Shown here: positions 7,016 to 15,587 of the stretch, piece after piece | Layout of the letters: every line of letters starts with the position of its first letter | Position numbering within the stretch: the stretch's first letter is position 1 | DNA from: a virus | Lineage: Duplodnaviria; Heunggongvirae; Uroviricota; Caudoviricetes | Reading direction: 5' to 3' (one strand) | Length of the DNA: 64,000 bases | IMG/VR virus record: IMGVR_UViG_3300042569_003232 | Coordinates: 64,001 to 128,000 of that record | Position numbers and translations under genes: made by a program | Notes under the pieces: generated by a model | The model's database searches: none | What the model was told of the DNA's origin: nothing | Seen by the model: only the letters and a program-made list of their open reading frames with translations

Positions 7016-7432
7016 TTAACAATCATATTCAAAACCAAGAGATTTAAATATTTCTTTATTAAGATTTTTCATTTTGATTATATTACAAAATTCTTCAAAT
7101 GTAGAATTTTGTTTACTCATAGCAAAATCATCATTACCAGAAGCATATATAAAATTATTTCTAAAACTTATGCATATTTTATTTCCTCTGTAACAAGGAT
7201 ACCAATCATCAGAGACAGTTATATATGTTTCATGGGAATTTTTCTTATCCTTTTTTATGGATTCAACCATCTGCTTTAATTTCTTTCTGCATGGAACTGG
7301 ATAATTAACTCTTTTCAGCAATTTATAAAAGAAAGGATTTTCATGTGCAAATAAAAAATAATCTCTGCATTGATGAAGGTCTTTTTTCTCTGCCCAAAAA
7401 ACAATTTTTTTCTGTGCTAATTCAAAAGTCAT
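7016..7432 (-). CDS. Hypothetical protein
   Basis: 138-aa ORF, ATGA coupling. Confidence 0.7.
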   Translation of the reverse strand: MTFELAQKKIVFWAEKKDLHQCRDYFLFAHENPFFYKLLKRVNYPVPCRKKLKQMVESIKKDKKNSHETYITVSDDWYPCYRGNKICISFRNNFIYASGNDDFAMSKQNSTFEEFCNIIKMKNLNKEIFKSLGFEYDC

Positions 7433-7448
7433 AATTGATAATCAATAT
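7417..7448. repeat. 32-bp direct repeat, copy 1
   Basis: CTAATTCAAAAGTCATAATTGATAATCAATAT identical to 7680-7711. Confidence 0.9.
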
Positions 7449-7695
7449 CGTTTTTATCTTGCTTAACCTCAAATTTGCTTATATATTCGTCTAAAATTTC
7501 TATAAAATTCGTATGACCTTCAATATCAGCTTCAAGTTCTTTTACACGTTGTTCTGCTGCTCCTTCTTTCATCCATTCACTATTCTCTATGGATAAAGTG
7601 TAATCGGCACGAAGTTCTATCAATTTATTACGGATGATATAGTTTATTATTACTTCCGCAGTTTTACGATGTTTTTCTACTAATTCAAAAGTCAT
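7429..7695 (-). CDS. Hypothetical protein flanked by direct repeats
   Basis: 88-aa ORF. Confidence 0.7.
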   Translation of the reverse strand: MTFELVEKHRKTAEVIINYIIRNKLIELRADYTLSIENSEWMKEGAAEQRVKELEADIEGHTNFIEILDEYISKFEVKQDKNDIDYQL

Positions 7696-7711
7696 AATTG
7701 ATAATCAATAT
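7680..7711. repeat. 32-bp direct repeat, copy 2
   Basis: Identical to 7417-7448. Confidence 0.9.
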
Positions 7712-8102
7712 TATTTTTATTTTTATTCTTTCGATATTCCTCGTTTGGAATTTTTCCTAGTGAATAAAACCACGTTTTATACTTTCCCCAAACAAGGAAA
7801 AGTGAAGTTACTGGTCCTTCTACAATTTCTTCGATTTTATGACAGTAATCCCTGCCAGCAATACCGATTGAGCCGGGGGATTTAAGATTAAGTCCGCGAT
7901 CTGTTTTCTCTATATACCTTCCCTTTAGAATGATTCCGCAGAAATTCCATGGATGGGTGTGTAAATAAGGGTCTTTATCGGCCTTATATATCGTGTGGAT
8001 ATATAGACTCGCTACATTTTGTATTTCAAAAATCGCAAATCTACGAAAATACAATTCACCATCTCTGGAACGAATTTCTTTAACAGTTTTGAAAAATTTC
8101 AT
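7692..8102 (-). CDS. Cupin-like phage protein
   Basis: YFRRF...LHTHPWNF...G-Y-E...H-K-I pattern. Confidence 0.6.
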   Translation of the reverse strand: MKFFKTVKEIRSRDGELYFRRFAIFEIQNVASLYIHTIYKADKDPYLHTHPWNFCGIILKGRYIEKTDRGLNLKSPGSIGIAGRDYCHKIEEIVEGPVTSLFLVWGKYKTWFYSLGKIPNEEYRKNKNKNNIDYQL

Positions 8103-8114
8103 AAAATTATTTTT

Positions 8115-8303
8115 TTAACTACACAAACAACTTCCATAATTCTCGCAACAAATGCGATTATATACTCCACAACTTTCACACCAAACTGCATCTCCTCCAC
8201 AATAAATGCAATATTTAGTAGAAGGGTATAACAATTTTTTACGACGCCTTTTATCCCATCGCTTTTTAATTCTTTCCTTTCTAGCTTCTTGTCTTCGGGT
8301 CAT
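8115..8303 (-). CDS. Small basic Cys-rich protein (start likely 8303)
   Basis: CIYC...CESC...CC...CLC; track start lies inside the tRNA-like element. Confidence 0.55.
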   Translation of the reverse strand: MTRRQEARKERIKKRWDKRRRKKLLYPSTKYCIYCGGDAVWCESCGVYNRICCENYGSCLCS

Positions 8304-8308
8304 AAAAA

Positions 8309-8369
8309 TGGTGGACAATATCGGAATCGAACCGATGAATCAGAGACTCTACCACTGAGCTAATTGCCC
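8309..8369 (-). ncRNA. 61-nt tRNA-like RNA lacking the anticodon arm
   Basis: GGGCAAT/ATTGTCC-ACCA, D-arm GCTC-AGTGGTA-GAGT, 9-nt linker, T-arm ATCGG-TTCGATT-CCGAT. Confidence 0.75.
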
Positions 8370-8375
8370 TTAAAA

Positions 8376-8690
8376 TTATTTCTTATTCTTACTAAGTTTA
8401 ACCAATCGACAACCCTTAAAGTTATCCATATATTTTTTCAACTCTTCGATTTCATCTCGCTTAATCCACAATGCATGTTTTCTAGGACCAAAAATTAAAC
8501 TTCCAAACATAAACGATTGGAAATTTACATATCCAGTATAAAATTTACTTTTATATGTAGTTTTCAATACATATTCGCCTTCCCGGAGGGTTAATGCAAA
8601 ATTGATATTTTCTCGGACAGTTGTTTTAAGTCCATTGCGATGATTTTTACATTTTTCGTAATTAGCTACTTGTCTTTGAATTATTTTCAT
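8376..8690 (-). CDS. Hypothetical protein
   Basis: 104-aa ORF. Confidence 0.65.
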   Translation of the reverse strand: MKIIQRQVANYEKCKNHRNGLKTTVRENINFALTLREGEYVLKTTYKSKFYTGYVNFQSFMFGSLIFGPRKHALWIKRDEIEELKKYMDNFKGCRLVKLSKNKK

Positions 8691-9129
8691 AGTATCTTTT
8701 CATTAAACTATACAATGTAGGATTAGGAACTGAATGATTTTTTGAAAAAGGAATCCAATGATAACCAAGAATTTCTTCGCAGAATTTAGCAACTGCACCA
8801 CTGCGGCTAATTCCTGCAACACAATTCACTATTACATTACTACCCTTGTTTTGCAAGAGAAAATCAACAATCTTTTTGGCATCTTCAGGAGAAGGTGCTT
8901 TATAAGCATATTCCTCATCATCTTTTTCCAAGTCATAAAAGTTTATTTGTAATCTCGGAATTTCCATTAAAAATGGACTAATCTTAGCCAAATAAACACC
9001 CGGATCATTTATACTGACCCAAATTGTGTTTTCCAATACTACTTCGAAATCTTCCGTATAGTAATATGGCATATTTGCCACAAATGGAAATTTCTCGTTT
9101 TCAAATATTTCTGTATTTAACTGGTTCAT
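8662..9129 (-). CDS. Protein-tyrosine/dual-specificity phosphatase-like protein
   Basis: IVNCVAGISRSGAVA CX5R motif. Confidence 0.85.
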   Translation of the reverse strand: MNQLNTEIFENEKFPFVANMPYYYTEDFEVVLENTIWVSINDPGVYLAKISPFLMEIPRLQINFYDLEKDDEEYAYKAPSPEDAKKIVDFLLQNKGSNVIVNCVAGISRSGAVAKFCEEILGYHWIPFSKNHSVPNPTLYSLMKRYYENNSKTSS

Positions 9130-9131
9130 TT

Positions 9132-9575
9132 TGGTGGAGGTGAGGGGAGTCGAACCCCTGTGTTTAACAATCTAATTTAACAATTCTACACGCTTAGATA
9201 TTTCGCAATTTCTGAGACTTTGGGTTTGCTGGCATATCAACCGATTTTTTTGAGTCATTACCCGCTATTACAAAAAGCTAATAGCTACCTGCATTTTTTG
9301 TTCTATGTATATTGAAATGCTTTTATACAACCTATTTTTAGACCTCAATAATTTTAATAGTATCCATTATTGTTTAACTTAGGCAACCATTTCCATTTCT
9401 TCGACACCGACGAATTCGTCTGCATTGTTGAAAATGTATTCAGCTTGCGCTAGTAGGGCATTGACTTCTGCGTCTTCTGCTTTTATTTGTTTTGATCAGC
9501 TTTTAAAGTAGCCAACTGATCAACTACTACGTGCTATGTTAATTTCAACCATTAAGTCGAAACCAAAACACCCCC
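9132..9575 (-). ncRNA. ssrA: tmRNA; tag reading frame 9379-9480
   Basis: 5' GGGGGTG...TTTCGAC; 3' T-arm plus CACCTCC-ACCA; G3.U70; tag AEDAEVNALLAQAEYIFNNADEFVGVEEMEMVA*. Confidence 0.92.
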
Positions 9576-9587
9576 ATTTACTGGATT

Positions 9588-9866
9588 TTACAATCCAAAT
9601 CTTTGTGCATCTTCCTTACTAATCAAGACTACAACATTATTTATATTGTTTTCTTCTAAAGTGCGAACTCGTTCGCTATATTCTTCATACCATTCATTAT
9701 AAAACATTTTTATTTTATTCTTTTCACAAACATCACGTACACTCGGAGCATATTCTAATTTATAATAATAAATATCGAATTTTTTCTTAGTAAGAATGTG
9801 TGCCATTTCGAATTTTCGAATAGTTCCTTCCAAAAATAATTGTTCTATTTCATGTTCAGATAACAT
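9588..9866 (-). CDS. Hypothetical protein
   Basis: 92-aa ORF with promoter upstream. Confidence 0.7.
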   Translation of the reverse strand: MLSEHEIEQLFLEGTIRKFEMAHILTKKKFDIYYYKLEYAPSVRDVCEKNKIKMFYNEWYEEYSERVRTLEENNINNVVVLISKEDAQRFGL

Positions 9867-9874
9867 ATTAATTA

Positions 9875-9902
9875 AATTTACGACATTCTTCTAGAAAGTC
9901 AA
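9875..9902 (-). promoter_or_regulatory. Sigma70-type promoter TTGACT-N16-TAAATT
   Basis: Motif match. Confidence 0.65.
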
Positions 9903-9970
9903 GTAAAAAATATTATAAAATATATAATTAAAATATTTGGAATAATATGGTCTATAATATAAGTATATGT

Positions 9971-10819
9971 ATGCAAGAAAACTTTTTTGAAATTATTAAT
10001 GATGAAACTAAGGCTTATATTTTAGGATTTTTATATGCGGATGGTTGTTTTACTTCAAAAAATAATCGAATTAATGTGAATCTATCGGTAAAAGACTCAG
10101 ATTTATTGAAGCACATGAGTATCGTATTATTAGGAGAAGATAAAACAAAAATTGATACTAAACAATACACATCATATATAAAGAATCGACCTATAAAATC
10201 GAAAGGATTTATAAGACTTCAAATATATAATAAAAAAATGGTCAATGATTTAATCAAAACTGGTAACGAATCGCCCAAATCATTAACATTAACTTTTCCA
10301 TTAAATTTAGATTCTTCATTGTATAATCATTTTATAAGAGGATATTTTGATGGAGATGGCTGTTTGAGTATAAAATCCAATTCTAAAAATAATGTGAAGA
10401 GAGCAACAATTGCTATTTTGAGTAGTTTTTCTTTTTGTGATAAATTAAAAGATATCATCGAAAATCTTTTAAATATAACTACAAATATCATTAAAAAAGG
10501 TAAAATTCATGTATTAGAAATAAATGGGAATAAACAAGTCGAAATATTCACTGATTGGATGTATAAAGATTGCACTATAAAATTAGAAAGAAAATATGAA
10601 AAATATTTAGAATTAAAAAAACTACGAATCAAAGCCACTAAATATTATTCTGAATCTTCTTCCAAGTATAAAAATATTACATATGATAAAACCCGAAATA
10701 AATGGATTGCATGTTGTAGATTACCACTCGAAAAAAGAACTAAACATATCGGTAGATTTGAAACAGAAGAGCAGGCATATGTAGCTCAACAAGAATATTT
10801 AAGAAATATTAGCATTTAG
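9971..10819 (+). mobile_element. Free-standing LAGLIDADG homing endonuclease with C-terminal AP2-like domain
   Basis: AYILGFLYADGC and HFIRGYFDGDGC motifs; KWIA...HIGRFETEEQA; antisense to neighbours; start likely 9971 after TAAGTA. Confidence 0.85.
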
Positions 10820-11410
10820 AAAAATAGACCATTCCTCCCGATAAATATCAAATATCATTCCATTCTTAGGTTTTGTAGGTTTCCATAGAAGTTTCAATCC
10901 ACACTCTTTTGGTGTACGATTACCTTTCCATGTATTAAGAGTTTTGTCACATGTTATTAGATTTTCCCATGTGTTCTCTCCTCCCCTGCTAGAAGGAATT
11001 ATATGATCGGTAGATACGTTATTTTTATCCAAAATCTTTCCCGTGTATCCGCAGGTATAATTGTCCCGACGCCAGATATTAGCTTTAGTAGGGAAAACTA
11101 CTTTTTTATGAACAATTTTATCATATTTGCTGCAAACCACAATTGGCGGCAACCGATAAACATTTTTTGCACTACGAACATATTCATCAAATTCACGAAT
11201 AGGCAGAGATTCCCATTCTTTGAATGAACGAACAACATTCATATAAGAAATCTTTGTTTTATCAACATTCCCATTTTCATCAAATTCATAATTTATATCC
11301 ATAGGATAACACACCCCAGATACAATGTCCACCATAACATCCTTCCAGTTTGCTGTAGCAATTGGAAAATAGCTGGCATTCAGTTTTAGAATTTCTTGTC
11401 TAGCACTCAT
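10799..11410 (-). CDS. HNH endonuclease (McrA-like)
   Basis: RRDNYTCGYTG...STDHIIPSSRGGENTWENLITC...N..KGNRTP. Confidence 0.85.
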   Translation of the reverse strand: MSARQEILKLNASYFPIATANWKDVMVDIVSGVCYPMDINYEFDENGNVDKTKISYMNVVRSFKEWESLPIREFDEYVRSAKNVYRLPPIVVCSKYDKIVHKKVVFPTKANIWRRDNYTCGYTGKILDKNNVSTDHIIPSSRGGENTWENLITCDKTLNTWKGNRTPKECGLKLLWKPTKPKNGMIFDIYREEWSIFLNANIS

Positions 11411-11417
11411 ATAATGT

Positions 11418-11445
11418 ATGTTACCACATTTGCTTTGTTTGTCAA
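11418..11445 (-). promoter_or_regulatory. Sigma70-type promoter TTGACA-N16-TAACAT
   Basis: Motif match, 7 nt from ATG. Confidence 0.7.
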
Positions 11446-11473
11446 GGATTTTTGTTCTATGAACGTATAAAGT

Positions 11474-11785
11474 TTAATTATTAAATGGTAAATTTTTATA
11501 CTCTAAATATTCTTCTTCAGTTATAACTGTTACATGCTGTACTCCTACAGAATCCGTGTCATCTGGGTAACTTTTGAAATGAAGTGGGTAAATTTCAAAT
11601 GCATAAAAATACTCTTCTCCTTTTTTCCATACATGAATATAAGCCTCGCTTTCAGAAGCGTATACTGTTATATCAGGCAGAAACGGTTTTTCACTATCAA
11701 AATACTTTTTATCACCCGAAGGACTATATTCTCCAACAACAATAAAAATTTTTCTTGGCTGTACTCTTTTTAAATCACATCTCAT
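11474..11785 (-). CDS. Hypothetical protein
   Basis: 103-aa ORF. Confidence 0.65.
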   Translation of the reverse strand: MRCDLKRVQPRKIFIVVGEYSPSGDKKYFDSEKPFLPDITVYASESEAYIHVWKKGEEYFYAFEIYPLHFKSYPDDTDSVGVQHVTVITEEEYLEYKNLPFNN

Positions 11786-11815
11786 AAAATTATTTTAGGA
11801 CTTATATAAAAATCA

Positions 11816-11990
11816 AATCTCTTTCTTCTCTTCTACCGGATAATTCTGCCGTCTACGGTTTTCAGTTTACGAGTTTATTTTTAAGGTTTAAGCTACAAAA
11901 TTTTAAAGATTAAAGTCTTTATCAATATCGAAGTCATATTCCTTGAAGAATGGTTGGTGGCTTTTTTCTTTCGAAGAGAAGAAAGAGATT
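11816..11990 (-). ncRNA. Candidate structured RNA: 18-bp closing stem enclosing ~7-nt periodic repeats
   Basis: Perfect inverted repeat 11816-11833 / 11973-11990; non-coding; 8 nt downstream of the DIP1984-like gene. Confidence 0.65.
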
Positions 11991-11998
11991 GAAAATGT

Positions 11999-12448
11999 TT
12001 AGTCCCAATCTATTTTTGTGGTTGCATTATATTCATCCACACTATCCTGCAAATCTGCAATGTTGTTATTTATTTTGTTGATTAAATATCTCTGATCCGA
12101 CTTTGTGATTGTGTTGACCCATGGTATTTGGCGAGGAACTGTTGTGCTATAATCCATTGCTACTCCTTCATTTATGATTATTTTTTCATGAAATGAAATT
12201 GCAGATTTTGCTTCTGCTAGTTCTACTAATGTTGCTTGAATACCTGCTGAAGCTGTTGCTATTTTTTGCTTGATAAGAATCAGAAGATTTTTTGATTGTT
12301 CCCACTCTCCATAAAGTAAGGAAGGATCTATTGAACTATCGTCACCTTCTCTACGGCAGTTAGAACTCTTAAACAATTCTTCTATTTTTGCTAATTCTCC
12401 GGCAATCCGGTTTTTAATTTTCAATGCTTTGCTAATACTAATTTTCAT
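11999..12448 (-). CDS. DIP1984/DUF6847-like coiled-coil protein
   Basis: MKISISKALKIKNRI... and C-terminal LQDSVDEYNATTKID resemble MKLAEAL.../LD..IQ..NWTTEL family pattern. Confidence 0.6.
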   Translation of the reverse strand: MKISISKALKIKNRIAGELAKIEELFKSSNCRREGDDSSIDPSLLYGEWEQSKNLLILIKQKIATASAGIQATLVELAEAKSAISFHEKIIINEGVAMDYSTTVPRQIPWVNTITKSDQRYLINKINNNIADLQDSVDEYNATTKIDWD

Positions 12449-12465
12449 AATTTTGTTCCTCTATT

Positions 12466-12493
12466 ACTATAGTTTGTTTATGGCATTTATCAA
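12466..12493 (-). promoter_or_regulatory. Sigma70-type promoter TTGATA-N16-TATAGT
   Basis: Motif match upstream of DIP1984-like gene. Confidence 0.65.
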
Positions 12494-12505
12494 CCACTTT
12501 TGTCT

Positions 12506-12637
12506 TTAAATTTTATCTGCTTGATTTATTAACTGTGACCCTAATAAATCCCTCATAAAATCATCTTCGGAACTCATACGTTCACAGTGGCGTTCCATAG
12601 ATTTTATCGCAGAAATGAGTGCTGGGGACTCCAGCAT
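12506..12637 (-). CDS. Possible 43-aa small protein
   Basis: MLESPALISAIKSMERHCERMSSEDDFMRDLLGSQLINQADKI; ATG shares the A of tRNA-Gly CCA. Confidence 0.3.
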   Translation of the reverse strand: MLESPALISAIKSMERHCERMSSEDDFMRDLLGSQLINQADKI

Positions 12638-12712
12638 GGAAGGATATGAGAGACTTGCACTCTCCCGCTGACATTGGAAGTGTCAGATGCTCACTATTAA
12701 CATCAATATCCC
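12637..12712 (-). tRNA. trnG: tRNA-Gly(TCC)
   Basis: CTGACA-CTTCCAA-TGTCAG; U73-CCA; variant T-loop TGCAAGT. Confidence 0.8.
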
Positions 12713-12732
12713 ATATTTTACTTTCGTTTAAT

Positions 12733-12760
12733 ACCGTACACCTTTTAGAGAAAATGTCAA
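12733..12760 (-). promoter_or_regulatory. Sigma70-type promoter TTGACA-N16-TACGGT
   Basis: Motif match upstream of tRNA-Gly. Confidence 0.6.
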
Positions 12761-12798
12761 CATTTTTCGGATTTTAATTTTCAGTTGTTTAAACATTT

Positions 12799-13305
12799 TC
12801 AGTGTGGTGTAAAAGTTACTGAATTATCTCTATCAACTAGAACGCCAACACATTCTTCCGTATCATCTGGAAAAACTTTATAATATTGCGTTCGAATCTC
12901 GTCCACAAAATCATGTCGTCTCACCCACTCGTCTAATTCAGGATTAGTCACTTCTTTGATTCGTAGATTTAACTTTTTCTCCTCTTTTGCCATGCGTTTT
13001 TGTAAAGATTGAATACTTTTGATGAATTTATCTTTATGTTTTACCTTTGGCATCATGGCATCTTGTGCGCGTTGTAAATAATATATGGGTTTCTCTAAAC
13101 TATACAAATCCAAATCATAGATATGTATTCCATTTACCTCAAGGATATAGTCTATATACCACATGCGGGGATCATCTAAATTAAGCAATAAAAAACTGAA
13201 ATTCTGGACAAAATCAAATTTATCAAAAATAGGTTTTGAAATTTTGAGCATCCAATTTTTTAATAAGATTTCATCATTCATTTCATCATTCATTTTATCA
13301 TTCAT
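12799..13305 (-). CDS. Hypothetical protein
   Basis: 168-aa ORF. Confidence 0.7.
   Translation of the reverse strand: MNDKMNDEMNDEILLKNWMLKISKPIFDKFDFVQNFSFLLLNLDDPRMWYIDYILEVNGIHIYDLDLYSLEKPIYYLQRAQDAMMPKVKHKDKFIKSIQSLQKRMAKEEKKLNLRIKEVTNPELDEWVRRHDFVDEIRTQYYKVFPDDTEECVGVLVDRDNSVTFTPH
13270..13305 (-). repeat. 3 x 12-bp tandem repeat at gene start (MNDK-MNDE-MNDE)
   Basis: ATGAATGATAAA ATGAATGATGAA ATGAATGATGAA. Confidence 0.8.
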
Positions 13306-13328
13306 TTTATAAATCTATTGTATTTTGT

Positions 13329-13766
13329 TTAACTATTATATTTCCAGATAATTGCATCAGGGAAATATCTTTCGATTATTTCACTTACAATTTTCCAATC
13401 ACCTCCACCAGTTCCGCAACCAAAAAGATATGGAAAATTATAAATACCAGACAGTTCATTATTCGCAAAAAGCTGAAAGCTATTTTCCATTGCAGCATAA
13501 TCTGTATGCAATCCTGTTTTTCCATAAGAATCTTGACTGAATACATTTACAACTTTGCAATCTTCTAATTCCACTACTTGATAAGTTCCAAGAGGTGAAA
13601 TTCCATTTTTTCTACATTCATCTCCGAATGAGATATAACTATTATAGACTTTTGGAAAAGTGTTTCTTATTTGAAGTGCAATTCCGCTTCCCATTACAAA
13701 TTTACAATTTGTTTGATGAAACAAATAACCTTTTTGTTCTAATAGATTTCCTTCTTTTATAATCAT
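13329..13766 (-). CDS. Macro-domain (ADP-ribose-processing) protein
   Basis: IKEGNLL...HQTNC..VMGSGIALQI...FPYLFGCGTGGGDW. Confidence 0.85.
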   Translation of the reverse strand: MIIKEGNLLEQKGYLFHQTNCKFVMGSGIALQIRNTFPKVYNSYISFGDECRKNGISPLGTYQVVELEDCKVVNVFSQDSYGKTGLHTDYAAMENSFQLFANNELSGIYNFPYLFGCGTGGGDWKIVSEIIERYFPDAIIWKYNS

Positions 13767-13769
13767 AAA

Positions 13770-14063
13770 TTAATTAAATATTACCATTTTTGGATTATCT
13801 CTTTTAGAAATATCATTGAACGATGATACTGAAGTGGTAATCACTATGTTTCTTTTATTATCGCCCCAACTCAAAGTATGTTCATCCACTTCATTTATAG
13901 AGAGATTTTCAATTAATGAAATATTATATTCAAATATCATTGTTTTAATCTGGATCAAATCAAAAGATTTAGTACACCACATTACGTTTTCCTCCATTCC
14001 ATATGAAATATATTCATGGTACAATACATCTAGTATTCGATTAATATGTTTTCCAATATTCAT
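13770..14063 (-). CDS. Hypothetical protein (start corrected to 14063)
   Basis: Upstream part of the track ORF is tRNA-Phe. Confidence 0.55.
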   Translation of the reverse strand: MNIGKHINRILDVLYHEYISYGMEENVMWCTKSFDLIQIKTMIFEYNISLIENLSINEVDEHTLSWGDNKRNIVITTSVSSFNDISKRDNPKMVIFN

Positions 14064-14069
14064 AATTTT

Positions 14070-14145
14070 TGGTGGGTTGACTCGGAATCGAACCGAGATA
14101 GTCTGTTCTTCAGACAGATGCATGAACCATCGCTGCCATCAACCC
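14070..14145 (-). tRNA. trnF: tRNA-Phe(GAA)
   Basis: TCTGT-CTGAAGA-ACAGA, CCA. Confidence 0.9.
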
Positions 14146-14496
14146 GTTTTTATATAGTGAATATATTTTAAATTTTCTTTCTATTAACTTGTATGTTTCA
14201 AGTTTTTTAGTTAATGGACGAGAATTAATTTCTCCATACATTCCTTCATATTCTTCAACTTCTCCAGTTTCAACTTCGTCAAAAATTTGAAATTTCAAAT
14301 TATAAATGTCATTCTCTACTGTTATAGTTTCGTTAAATTCTTTTTTATAAACTCCTTCCCATATAAACCTTATAAGATCATCATTTATTCGTAATTCTTT
14401 TGAGAAGTACAATCTATCCTCTACTTGAATTACAATATCTTCTTTACGAAGAATGTCTATAAAATCTTTCCAAGAAATTTGAGTAAAATTATTCAT
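14110..14496 (-). CDS. Hypothetical protein; 3' end overlaps tRNA-Phe
   Basis: 128-aa ORF. Confidence 0.65.
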   Translation of the reverse strand: MNNFTQISWKDFIDILRKEDIVIQVEDRLYFSKELRINDDLIRFIWEGVYKKEFNETITVENDIYNLKFQIFDEVETGEVEEYEGMYGEINSRPLTKKLETYKLIERKFKIYSLYKNGLMAAMVHASV

Positions 14497-14498
14497 AT

Positions 14499-15017
14499 TT
14501 ATTTTTCGCTTTCTAGTATTTTCTCAATTTCTTTAATTTTTTCCAATGTAATTTCTGCAATAAATTTTCGATATGATACGTCAAGGTCTTGACTTCCTCT
14601 TTGTAAGTTTTTCGGAAATCCTGATCTGGCTCTATACATCATAGCACAAAAATAACATAAGTCAAGTTCTAATTCTGAAGAATTTTTCCAAGAAACACTT
14701 TCTTCCAAATCATCTATATTTTCTCTTGCGTATTTTATAATTTTTTCCCAAACGTCTGCATAACAAAACACTATAAATCCGGGTTTTTCAGTTGAAAACT
14801 TTTTATTTTTAAGACGATTATCAATCAATGTTGATTCTATATTATGTAATTCTCCATAATCGTCTAGTTCACCTTTTGCAAATGATATTCCATTAAACCA
14901 CCAAGAATCTAAAACAAATTCTATATCATGTGAAGAATTTGTTTTTAATGCAATTGCTTTGCCTTCTCCTAAAATAGGAAGATTAGTGATTATACATGTT
15001 TCATGCCAATAACCCAT
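14499..15017 (-). CDS. Hypothetical phage protein
   Basis: MGYWHETC..TNLPI...G..DDYG motif. Confidence 0.7.
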   Translation of the reverse strand: MGYWHETCIITNLPILGEGKAIALKTNSSHDIEFVLDSWWFNGISFAKGELDDYGELHNIESTLIDNRLKNKKFSTEKPGFIVFCYADVWEKIIKYARENIDDLEESVSWKNSSELELDLCYFCAMMYRARSGFPKNLQRGSQDLDVSYRKFIAEITLEKIKEIEKILESEK

Positions 15018-15038
15018 ATATTTATTTTGTTAAAATTG

Positions 15039-15168
15039 TCGTCTAGAAAGGATTCGAACCTTTATTTTCCGGTATATCTTTTAAAAATTAGCAATTTAAA
15101 TTTTTAAGATAATATAATGTATAATATTTTTATTATGATGGATATTTTACCAATTAAATTACTAGCCG
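15039..15168 (-). pseudogene. tRNA-like element with long AT-rich insertion in place of the anticodon loop
   Basis: CGGCTAG/CTAGACG acceptor, D-arm ATTT-AATTGGTA-AAAT, T-arm AAAGG-TTCGAAT-CCTTT. Confidence 0.55.
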
Positions 15169-15180
15169 AAAAGTTGAAAA

Positions 15181-15261
15181 TGGAGGGTCAGGTAGGATTT
15201 GAACCTACATCTCACAACTACAATATAAATGTGTGCGAATTACCAATTATTCTACCGACCC
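15181..15261 (-). pseudogene. tRNA-like element with enlarged anticodon loop
   Basis: GGGTCGG/CTGACCC-TCCA, intact D and T arms, 13-15 nt loop. Confidence 0.65.
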
Positions 15262-15277
15262 AATGTGGAAATTATTT

Positions 15278-15577
15278 TTATTCTAAAGACAATTCCATTG
15301 TATACAATTCTATTTCCCAAGATGGAATTATTCTAATAGATAGATCATATAAACTTAATACTAGATATTGTGAAATTGTGCTTATATCTTTTACTTTTAT
15401 GTCTGTTTCTAACGAACTTAGCAATTTTAATCCTGCGATAATAATTGCTTTATTTGGTTTTCGCTGAAATTCTTTTTTCCATTCTACTAACCATCCTTCA
15501 ATTACACTAATTATTATTGATGAAGATGGTAATATCGAACTTTCTAAGTTCTCGAATGTTGTTTTATAAACTTTCAT
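15278..15577 (-). CDS. Hypothetical protein
   Basis: 99-aa ORF. Confidence 0.6.
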   Translation of the reverse strand: MKVYKTTFENLESSILPSSSIIISVIEGWLVEWKKEFQRKPNKAIIIAGLKLLSSLETDIKVKDISTISQYLVLSLYDLSIRIIPSWEIELYTMELSLE

Positions 15578-15587
15578 ATTTTGTTTA

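Noticed and set aside
15117-15467. Plus-strand ORF across tRNA-like elements, and other short antisense or alternate-frame ORFs in the track
   Set aside because: They shadow better-supported genes or tRNAs and have no motifs or expression signals.
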